Shown here: positions 18,321 through 26,403 of the stretch, piece after piece
How the letters are laid out: every line of letters starts with the position of its first letter
Numbering within the stretch: position 1 is the stretch's first letter
IMG/VR virus record: IMGVR_UViG_3300028920_000027
Coordinates: 118,336 to 182,335 of that record
Reading direction: 5' to 3' (one strand)
DNA from: a virus
DNA length: 64,000 bases
Program-made: the position numbers and the translations under genes
The notes under the pieces: model-generated
The model's database searches: none
What the model was told of the DNA's origin: nothing
The model's input: only the letters and a program-made list of their open reading frames with translations

Positions 18321-18495
18321 CCCTGTACATCTCCATGCTCATCGTGGCAGCCGCGTTCTACTTTATGGGGGTCCGCGACACGAATCGACGGCCGCCGCGC
18401 GGTACAACTACCTTCACAAGTGGCGCGGCATTGACTTCCGGGTCCAATGCCAAGATCCTGAAGTACTTAACCAGCTCGAATCCTACGACGAGTAG
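18317..18495 (+). pseudogene. Frameshifted paralog of 16158-16376
   Basis: MGVRDTNR followed by KWRGIDFRVQ in another frame; consistent with a 4-nt loss relative to CGCTGGGCC in the paralog. Confidence 0.75.
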
Positions 18496-18500
18496 AACCA

Positions 18501-18842
18501 TTGACCATCCGTTTTGGCCCCAACCTTGTCTACCCCAGCGACCGCCAGGGGGGTCGGTACCAAGAGTTTCAAGGGACCGCTATTGAGGTCGATGAGTGGG
18601 AACCTCACGAGCCCGGAAGCCGGATTGCCAAAAGAGCCGTTCGAGTTGTAGTCAAAATCCCCGGCGAAGAGCAGACATACGCCGGGTATACCGAGGCCCC
18701 ACCTCCAGTTGGTGCGACCGTGACCATTCGGGTCTATGACTGCGGTGGGGGCTGGTACCCCGATAGTCGTATCCAAGGGTGGTCATCACCCCGGCCACGA
18801 AAGACCTTTTGGGAACGTTTGAATGGTGCACAAAGTTTCTGA
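18501..18842 (+). CDS. Hypothetical protein with C-terminal TFWERL tag
   Basis: Ends RKTFWERLNGAQSF. Confidence 0.65.
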   Translation: MTIRFGPNLVYPSDRQGGRYQEFQGTAIEVDEWEPHEPGSRIAKRAVRVVVKIPGEEQTYAGYTEAPPPVGATVTIRVYDCGGGWYPDSRIQGWSSPRPRKTFWERLNGAQSF

Positions 18843-18908
18843 AATTAAGACGACCGAGCTGTCTTTCAAAGACGCCATGGCCCTCGGCCAGTTCACCCAG
18901 ACGCTACA

Positions 18909-19118
18909 ATGAAGCCTGCTTGGCAGGAGGTTCTTTGTGACGAGTGTCAGGGGCGTGCCCAGTGGCCTGGTAGCCGAGGCCTAGTTCAGTGTTGGAAGTG
19001 CTACGGAACCGGGATGCAAGTGCCCACCAGGACTCAGCTGGAGGCCGCTAGAGCGCGGCTGGAACTGTTCCAGCAGCTGATGACCACCATCGCCCGTCTC
19101 CAGAAAGCCTCCAAATGA
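18909..19118 (+). CDS. Small Zn-finger protein
   Basis: CDECQG..CWKCYGTG. Confidence 0.65.
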   Translation: MKPAWQEVLCDECQGRAQWPGSRGLVQCWKCYGTGMQVPTRTQLEAARARLELFQQLMTTIARLQKASK

Positions 19119-19599
19119 GCGTAGGGCTGATTCAAGGGGCCACCCTCCCAGCAGCGGCCCCTTCAGGTGACTTCCGAGGGAGAAGTCGTGCGCGACGACA
19201 CGGTCGGGTGCGCGCCTCAGCAAGCTGCTGGCCGGGAGCAGATTGGTGTAGAATAGGCCCGTGATGCCGGTCTACTTTAGCATTTGGGGCGATCCTTCAG
19301 GGCCCAGGAGGCTAACCTACGCCCGCGGGACACTCGGACCTATGAAGTCCCTTCTGGGTCAGTCGAGCTTCAGCACTTTCTGGTTCTGCTTCTGCTTCTG
19401 CTTCTGCTTGACCAAGGTTTTCAGCTTAGCAACAGTATCTTCCGGCAACTGGCCGCCCTGGACATTCAACGCACACAGCCGTCCCGGGCGGTCGGGTTGG
19501 CTTTGATACACCAACCACCACACGCGCGGAACCTCAGCCGCGAGCTGGTTGCGGAGGATCTTCAGATTCTCAACAGCGCCCTGAGCTAGTTCAGTTTCC

Positions 19600-19902
19600 A
19601 TGACTCGAACATACACCAAGCTCCCCCGCCGGGTACGGCGGGTGTTCAAGACCATTCCGTGGAGGACTTTGGAGCAGCTGTACGCAGCCAACGGTTGGGT
19701 CTGCTCTACCTTTGATCCTGAAGATCCTGGAGGGGTCACGCTGCCCTCTGCACGGCGCATCATGCGCACGGCGGTACATCTCACGCTCGACGTCTTCAAC
19801 AGCCCGGCGCAGATCCGGTGCATCCGGTCGATGCACCTTGTCGCATCCCGGCACGAGCTGCGTGTAGGCGATATGGTAGCCCTGCGCCGCTACTCGTTCT
19901 GA
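19600..19902 (+). CDS. Hypothetical protein
   Basis: ORF track. Confidence 0.5.
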   Translation: MTRTYTKLPRRVRRVFKTIPWRTLEQLYAANGWVCSTFDPEDPGGVTLPSARRIMRTAVHLTLDVFNSPAQIRCIRSMHLVASRHELRVGDMVALRRYSF

Positions 19903-19927
19903 TCGCCGTTCGGTGTAGGATGCCGCC

Positions 19928-20215
19928 ATGGCTGATGGCACCAAGCTGGTCCAGATCATGCGCGACATCGCCAAACACGTGAGTCGCGTGGGTGGCATTC
20001 CCTACGACTGGACGCAGGTCCAGATCATGATTCACTTTCGGGAGTTTGGGGGACGTCCCCATCGATCCTATGGTGCTTCTATCGGGGACAACAGGGTAGA
20101 GGGTGCCACGAGCGAAAAGCAGGCACTCCTCGCCCTACAGGTTGATCTGAGGGGTCAGACCACGGGGTCTGGGGACCACGACTACCCCAGTGGGGCCACG
20201 TTCTTTCACAGGTGA
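19928..20215 (+). CDS. Hypothetical protein
   Basis: ATG lies 6 nt after GGTG-TAGGAT. Confidence 0.6.
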   Translation: MADGTKLVQIMRDIAKHVSRVGGIPYDWTQVQIMIHFREFGGRPHRSYGASIGDNRVEGATSEKQALLALQVDLRGQTTGSGDHDYPSGATFFHR

Positions 20216-20734
20216 ATGGTGCCTGCTCTGACGAACTCACTGACTCTGGTGGCCGTCAAGGAAGACGATGCCGCGCCCAGGCTGCGGACCTGCGTCCCTC
20301 CCCCGCAACCACGAACCATCTGGCAGCTCATCGGGGGGATCGTCGAGAACCCCAATCGGTACCGGTACAAGAATCCGCTGCCGGAGAACCCCGACCGCGC
20401 TGTAGCGGTTATCCACAACGGTGTGATCGTGATGTGGTTGGGCCACATCGGATCCGACATGGAGTATCTCTACGAGTGTGGCGGGCTCGACGATGAACTG
20501 GGGCAGACCCAGCCGGACCTCGGCCCTACCGATTCGGGGGTATACGTCTGGGAAGGGGTCATCCGGTGGGAGGTCTACCGCGATTACTGGGGAGAGTACG
20601 ACGGCGAGGAGCACGAGTGGGTCGGAGCCTGGCGCCCCGTCACGACAGAAGAAGCTAAAGCCACTGCTCGGGGGGATTCAGTCTGGGACCCTGACTTGTG
20701 GCACGAGCCCGAGACGGTCCCCGAATCGGTGTAG
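20216..20734 (+). CDS. Hypothetical protein
   Basis: Abuts the previous stop codon. Confidence 0.6.
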   Translation: MVPALTNSLTLVAVKEDDAAPRLRTCVPPPQPRTIWQLIGGIVENPNRYRYKNPLPENPDRAVAVIHNGVIVMWLGHIGSDMEYLYECGGLDDELGQTQPDLGPTDSGVYVWEGVIRWEVYRDYWGEYDGEEHEWVGAWRPVTTEEAKATARGDSVWDPDLWHEPETVPESV

Positions 20735-20790
20735 TGGAGCGCCCGCGCCAAGCAAAGCTTGCAAAATCCTCGAAGGTTGCGCTGACCAAT

Positions 20791-20957
20791 TGCGAGCGGT
20801 GTAATGGTCTCTATAACCCCCGTACCTCTCGCAAGCATTACTGGTGCCTCTATGGCTCCACAAGGGGGTCCTGACCTTTGACAATTTGGTCAGTTCTAGA
20901 GGACCTCTCGCCAACCAACCTCTAAGAACTTGAAGGTCCTTACTTTTTCGAAAGTGG
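20791..20957 (+). promoter_or_regulatory. Leader of CRISPR array 1
   Basis: Non-coding. GCGAG..ACCCCC..ACCTCTCGCA and CAAGGGGGT..CTTTGACA motifs are shared with the array-2 leader. Confidence 0.65.
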
Positions 20958-22742
20958 GGTACCAGGGGCTTCTAGGCCCCTGAGGATTTCAACCTCTCGA
21001 CTTGCCTCACTCAGAGCAGCCAGGGAAGGGGGTACCAGGGGCTTCTAGGCCCCTGAGGATTTCAACTTCGACTACATCGTCGTTGCGGTAGAGGGTGATA
21101 CGAGGTACCAGGGGCTTCTAGGCCCCTGAGGATTTCAACCCGTTCTTCATCCTTCGCACCACCTCACCCGCCCCCGGGTACCAGGGGCTTCTAGACCCCT
21201 GAGGATTTAAACAGAAGCAAGAAGGCGCCTGAGCCAACTGCGGCGCGGTACCAGGGGCTTCTAGACCCCTGAGGATTTCAACACGCACGTCAATGCGCCA
21301 ATCGCAAGCGACCCGAAGAGGTACCAGGGGCTTCTAGACCCCTGAGGATTTCAACATCGCCAAGCTACGGGAAGAGCTCAAGCGCGCCGAGGGTACCAGG
21401 GTCTTCTAGACCCCTGAGGATTTCCTCGGGCTCTTCTTCTTTCCGGACGTCACCGACGGTACCAGGGGCTTCTAGGTCCCTGAGGATTTCAACTGCCTCG
21501 GTACCAGGGGCTTCTAGACCCCTGAGGATTTCAACTAGGCGATCAGGAAGTCGTCGCCGACGCGCATGAAAAGAGTACCAGGGGCTTCTAGACCCCTGAG
21601 GATTTCAACAGGATGGAGGAGAACTAGGGGCTTATAGACCCCTGAGGATTTCAACACTCTTGAGTGCCTCAAGCACTGCCGCGTTCGACGGTACCGCGTT
21701 CGACGGTACCAGGGGCTTCTAGACCCCTGAGGATTTCAACGCCTTCCGAGCATCGAGCAGAACTTCGCGATGGTACCAGGGGCTTTCTAGGCCCCTGAGG
21801 ATTTCAACGATCAGGCGCTGGGACAAGCAGGGATGCCCCTCGGTGGGGTACCAGGGGCTCCAGGCCCCTGAGGATTTCAACAGCGTGTTCAAGAAGACGT
21901 AGGGAACCCCTTGGTGGGTACCAGGGGCTTCCAGGCCCCTGAGGATTTCAACCTGCTGCTAATAGGTCAAAAGGGTCCAGTATCTCCGCAGATATCAGGG
22001 TCTTCTAGACCCCTGAGGATTTCAACGAGTATTGAAACGCACTTGGCCACTGGCTCCTTCTAGGGTACCAGGGTCTTCTAGACCCCTGAGGATTTCAACC
22101 TGTCGTGGCCGGCGGCCGTTGCGAGTTCGCCGGGTGGTACCAGGGGTTTCTAGACCCCTGAGGATTTCAACGTCAGTGTCCAGGGCCGACATGAGCCCCT
22201 TGGGTACCAGGGGCTTCTAGACCCCTGAGGATTTCAACGACTTCCTCGCCGAACTGCGAGAGGCGGTAGAGTAGGTACCAGGGGCTTCCAGGCCCCTGAG
22301 GATTTCAATGGGAGGACGCCAGTCTTCTTGAGTGCCTTTTTCGACGCAGTACCAGGGGCTTCTAGACCCCTGAGGATTTCAACGGATACACGACCCCCTG
22401 TGGGCCGAAATCGACAAGCTCGGTGGCACCAGGGGCTTCTAGGCCCCTGAGGATTTCAACAAGAAGCTCCAGGGCGATCCCGTGCCGGGCAGCACGGTAA
22501 GGGGCTTCTAGGCCCCTGAGGATTTCAACGAGTAGCCTCGGACAGGCTCAATCCCCATCAACGAGGGTATCAGGGGCTCCTAGACCCCTGAGGATTTCAA
22601 CCCACATGGGGCGTCGAGCCCGAGCGAGCGCCAGGTGGCACCAGGGCACGGCAAGGGGTCGGAACCGGGCTTCCAGGGGCTTCCACGACCGCTTTGACAG
22701 TCGAGGGGTACCAGGGGCACACAAGCCCCTGAGGATTCCAAG
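20958..22742 (+). CRISPR. CRISPR array 1, about 25 repeats of 36 nt (GGTACCAGGGGCTTCTAGRCCCCTGAGGATTTCAAC)
   Basis: Regular repeats with mostly 31-41-nt unique spacers; AGGGG/CCCCT hairpin; degeneration increases toward the 3' end. Confidence 0.98.
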
Positions 22743-22779
22743 ATACAACAGGACCGTTCCTTAATAAAAACGGTAGTTT

Positions 22780-22824
22780 AAGGGCACCTTCGGATTTCCT
22801 TCCGAAGGTGCCCTTTTCTTTTTT
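22780..22824 (+). terminator. Rho-independent terminator after array 1
   Basis: 15-bp stem AAGGGCACCTTCGGA/TCCGAAGGTGCCCTT followed by a T-tract. Confidence 0.9.
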
Positions 22825-22860
22825 GGGAAAGGCTTGAACGTTCCTGGTGTATAAAGTTTC

Positions 22861-23571
22861 ATGTACCCCACAACTGCAACGTTCGTCGTTGGGATCGACG
22901 GCGAGAGAGCTTGCTACTCCAACCCGGCGTTTCGCTCAGAACGCTACACATACCCCGTGATCACCCCACCGGCAGCGGCTGGCATCATGGACAACACTTG
23001 GTGGCGGCCGGGAGTACGGTGGGTCGTCGAACGAATCGACGTCTTGAAGCCGATCCAAACCTATACACAAACTGTCAACGAGATCAAGGTCTGCCCTCAG
23101 ACCTTGGAATCGGCTCTGAAATATCGGGTAGCAAAACTGCTACCGAGCTCTGAAGCAGTTCAGGTTCAAGGAGGGGTTAACATTGAAACCAATCGCACCT
23201 TGAGGCGCACCACGATGTTGTACGACGTATCATACAACATCTGGATGCGGGCTGTATGTGCCGACTGGAGGCTCGCCAAGAAAGCCGAAGCGAGCACCTG
23301 CCGCTTCCTTCTTTCCGGTCGTAGCTTCCGACCTCGATGCCTTGGGATGAGAGAGTTGGATGCCAAGGTACGGCTGGTCACTATGCTCGACCACGATGGG
23401 GTGGCCCACACTGACCTCCCTCGCCCCATCCCACTGACTCAGGACCTTGGGTGGATGGTACACAGCTACGTCTGGGAAAACGGCGTCCGCAAACAGGTCG
23501 GGTTGTTCCATGCCTACCTGAACGCTGGCACGCTACTCGTGCCCCCAGAACCAATGAGGATGGTGTCATGA
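22861..23571 (+). CDS. cas5: Type I-C-like Cas5 (Cas5c/Cas5d)
   Basis: ACYSNP..ERYTYPVITPPAAAGI..WWRPGVRWVVERIDVLKPI..NE..LGMRE. Confidence 0.9.
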   Translation: MYPTTATFVVGIDGERACYSNPAFRSERYTYPVITPPAAAGIMDNTWWRPGVRWVVERIDVLKPIQTYTQTVNEIKVCPQTLESALKYRVAKLLPSSEAVQVQGGVNIETNRTLRRTTMLYDVSYNIWMRAVCADWRLAKKAEASTCRFLLSGRSFRPRCLGMRELDAKVRLVTMLDHDGVAHTDLPRPIPLTQDLGWMVHSYVWENGVRKQVGLFHAYLNAGTLLVPPEPMRMVS

Positions 23572-24770
23572 TCCTAGAGACCTTGTATGAATTTGCCAAG
23601 CTGCATGGACTCGTGCCCAGCGTGCTTCGGAAACGACACGCCAATTACACTTTCCACCTCGATCCGAAGGGGTGTTTGCGTGAGTTCTCTGACGAGCGAC
23701 AAGTGATGGCAGACGCGAAGGCCAAACGGTCCAGCAATATCCAACCCAACTTGCTCGACAATGTGGGGTACACATTCGGTTTGGGCAAGCATGGACCCAA
23801 ACGACAGGAAGCCTGGTTGGAGGCCCTACGCGCCTTCAAGTCCATGGCGCCGGTTGCAACCTTCGCTCAAAAGCCTCTACCTGATGGCATCCTCAAGATT
23901 CTTGCCAAAAACTCGTCCAAGGTTGTGGCCTTCACCGTGGGAGGGGAGTCCCCCTATGAACACCCTGACATCGTTGAGCACCTGAACGCTCAAGAGGAAG
24001 GTGACTACATCTGCCGCATCACTGGACGGAGCTGTAGTCCAGGATTCGTCCCCAACATCAGCAACCTACCCCCCAACGGAAGCTTGCAGAACTTCGTGGG
24101 GTTCAATGCGTCCGCTACACAGTTCGATGGGCGTGAAAACAAATGCTGCTTTGTCATGCATCGCGAAGTTCGCGAAGGCATCATTGCAGCCATTGACCAT
24201 CTCGCGCGCTATGAGAACAAGGAGCGCCCGTCGGCCATCGTTGCAACGAAGCGCTTTCACTCCAAGAGTGAGGTAAACTCTGCTCGGAGTGGGCCCGTCC
24301 CCACGACTCTGCTCTTCTCCCTGGAACCAGAGTTCGACGTTAGCCCTCTGATGGTCCTGCTTAGGGGGTTGAGGTCAGAAGGGGAAACCCCAGAGGAACG
24401 ACTGGAGGAAGGTCGACAAGCTCATAAGGCTGCCCTGGAAACCCTGGTCTCATGGACGGGCTACTCTGGGGATCTCTATGCTCTGACCCTTTGCGCTGAC
24501 GGGGCCTGCCGACGGACGGCTGTACTGGACTTCACTACCATCCCTCTAGCAGAGATCCCGGCTCGGATGGAGTCGTTCACTCATGCATCTGGCCCGTACC
24601 CCCTACGCTGGCGGCTGGCCGAAATGCCCAACTACACGCTCGCGTGGCGCTTCATGCGGGCTGTCTTGGCCGGTGACCCTCTACCTCCCGCAATCCTGGC
24701 ACACGCACTTCGGCAGCCGCTCAAGAACGAGCAGCTGTTGACCACTCTCACAGCTTTTCAAAGCCTTTAG
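23568..24770 (+). CDS. cas8c: Cas8c-like large subunit lacking the C-terminal Cas11 domain
   Basis: MILETLYEF start; KRSSNIQPNLL-DNVGYTFG; C.ITG; located between cas5 and cas7. Confidence 0.8.
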   Translation: MILETLYEFAKLHGLVPSVLRKRHANYTFHLDPKGCLREFSDERQVMADAKAKRSSNIQPNLLDNVGYTFGLGKHGPKRQEAWLEALRAFKSMAPVATFAQKPLPDGILKILAKNSSKVVAFTVGGESPYEHPDIVEHLNAQEEGDYICRITGRSCSPGFVPNISNLPPNGSLQNFVGFNASATQFDGRENKCCFVMHREVREGIIAAIDHLARYENKERPSAIVATKRFHSKSEVNSARSGPVPTTLLFSLEPEFDVSPLMVLLRGLRSEGETPEERLEEGRQAHKAALETLVSWTGYSGDLYALTLCADGACRRTAVLDFTTIPLAEIPARMESFTHASGPYPLRWRLAEMPNYTLAWRFMRAVLAGDPLPPAILAHALRQPLKNEQLLTTLTAFQSL

Positions 24771-24784
24771 CCAAAGAGGACCTA

Positions 24785-25261
24785 ATGCCTGAAACCACCC
24801 CTGAAACCACCCCTGAAACCCCAACCACTCCGACCAATGGTCACAGGATTTCAGAAAAAAGGCTGGCCCAGCTAAGACACCCCAACCCGACCTTTCACCT
24901 GGGCCGTGCCATGGCTCGTGCTGTGGTCATCTACAGGTACGCGCAAGGCAGTGCCGCAGCAGCATCCCTGGAGAATAAGGTCGTGTCCGCGGGGTCTCGC
25001 CCCTTGGAAATCGTTACCCAGATTCTCAACCGGACTCAACGAGCCATCGCGTACTTGAGTCGTGGGGAGGCCCGCCAAGGGGCGGCAATCGACATCCATA
25101 ACTATGAAGAAGCAGTGGAGTTGATCGATGCCCAAGCGCTGCCCCGCACGTTCCAGGCGCAGGACCAGGTCCTGTTCTGGAACGGGTACAACAGCGAGAA
25201 GAATTGCATCCGCGCCCGACAACGTATTCAGGCTGCGGAATCGGCAAACAAAGGGGGCTAA
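24785..25261 (+). CDS. cas11: Stand-alone Cas11 small subunit (homolog of the Cas8c C-terminal domain)
   Basis: FHLGRAMA..P.EI..LPRTFQAQDQVLFWNGY resembles the Cas8c C-terminus; own RBS (AGAGGA); different frame from cas8c. Confidence 0.75.
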   Translation: MPETTPETTPETPTTPTNGHRISEKRLAQLRHPNPTFHLGRAMARAVVIYRYAQGSAAAASLENKVVSAGSRPLEIVTQILNRTQRAIAYLSRGEARQGAAIDIHNYEEAVELIDAQALPRTFQAQDQVLFWNGYNSEKNCIRARQRIQAAESANKGG

Positions 25262-25333
25262 CTCTCCCTGCGGATTGACTCTCACCATCAGGGGCGACCC
25301 TGCGGATTGACCCAAATGTAAATGTGGAGAAAA

Positions 25334-26335
25334 ATGACTAAGACAACTACGACTAAGGCAACTACTCTTCCCGCCCTCGATGGACTTTTGGTAATCGAGG
25401 CCCACAACGACGCCCTCAATATCGACCCCGATGTCGGAGTGCCCCGCACCAACCCCATCTCGGGAAAGGGGGAGGTTAGCGCTGAATGCATAAAGGCCAA
25501 AATCCGGCGGTCCGCTATGCGGCTCAACCCGACTTTGGTGCCGTTCTACCACCGTGGCGCCGTCCACCAGGACCACATCGAGCAGGCATACGAAGCTGCC
25601 GGCGCCATCGTCAAGACTGCGAAGAAGGCGTCCAAGAAGACTGCGAAGGCTGAGGCCCCCGACATCGAGGATACTGAGGCCCCCGACACCGAGGATGCCG
25701 AGGATAACACCATCACGATCGACACCATCAAAGGCAACGCCGAGCTGTGCCGCATCTTCTTCGACGTCTCTTGGTTTGGACTGGTGGTCACCAAGCCGGG
25801 TCGCGGTCAGATCCGGGGACCATTCTCATTCGGGATTGGCGAGACCGTCTATCCTGTGAATCTGGATGAGCGCCTCCTGACCCGCCAGACGGTCACCAAC
25901 CGAGAACGGTCAGACAAGCAGAAGGGTGCCAACCAGGAGTTCGGACGCAAGACCGTTGTGACCCATGGGGTCTACCTCGTACACTGGCACTTCGACCCCT
26001 TCTGCGCCGACCAGAACGGGCTCACGGAGCAGGACCTGGCGGAGTTCATCGAGGCCATGCTCCACATGTTCCGCAACGACCAGTCGTCAGCACGGAACAA
26101 CGTGACACTGCGGAAGGCTTATGTCTTCGAGCACGCGAGTCCCTTCCGGGACGCCGAACCGGTCGAGCTTTTAGAGCAAATCAAGGTCACGGCCGAGAAC
26201 CCCGACACCGCGGTCTCTTGGGACGCCTACACAGTCGAGGTCCCGGCAGACTTGCCTGAGACGATCAAGCTCCACGTCCTCAAGGACGGCCTCACCATCA
26301 ACAATCCCTGGGTCAAGGCATCCGCTGCCGAATAA
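25334..26335 (+). CDS. cas7: Type I-C-like Cas7 (Csd2 family)
   Basis: NDALNIDPDVGVPRTNPISGKGEVSAECIKAKIRR..FFDVSWFG..GQIRGPFSF..FGRKTVVTHGVY..MFRNDQSSAR. Confidence 0.92.
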   Translation: MTKTTTTKATTLPALDGLLVIEAHNDALNIDPDVGVPRTNPISGKGEVSAECIKAKIRRSAMRLNPTLVPFYHRGAVHQDHIEQAYEAAGAIVKTAKKASKKTAKAEAPDIEDTEAPDTEDAEDNTITIDTIKGNAELCRIFFDVSWFGLVVTKPGRGQIRGPFSFGIGETVYPVNLDERLLTRQTVTNRERSDKQKGANQEFGRKTVVTHGVYLVHWHFDPFCADQNGLTEQDLAEFIEAMLHMFRNDQSSARNNVTLRKAYVFEHASPFRDAEPVELLEQIKVTAENPDTAVSWDAYTVEVPADLPETIKLHVLKDGLTINNPWVKASAAE

Positions 26336-26350
26336 TAGCCCGCTACCATG

Positions 26351-26383
26351 CCAGGGAGGGGGGTTTTTGACCCCCCTCCCTGG
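26351..26383. terminator. Perfect 13-bp GC-rich hairpin between cas7 and the helicase gene
   Basis: CCAGGGAGGGGGG-TTTTTGA-CCCCCCTCCCTGG followed by TGTAGTTTTT. Confidence 0.7.
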
Positions 26384-26403
26384 TGTAGTTTTTGGGAACG
26401 TTC

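Noticed and set aside
22032-22748. ORF-track ORFs inside array 1 (22032-22220, 22548-22748) and array 2 (28894-29937 set)
   Set aside because: These are translations of CRISPR repeats and spacers.
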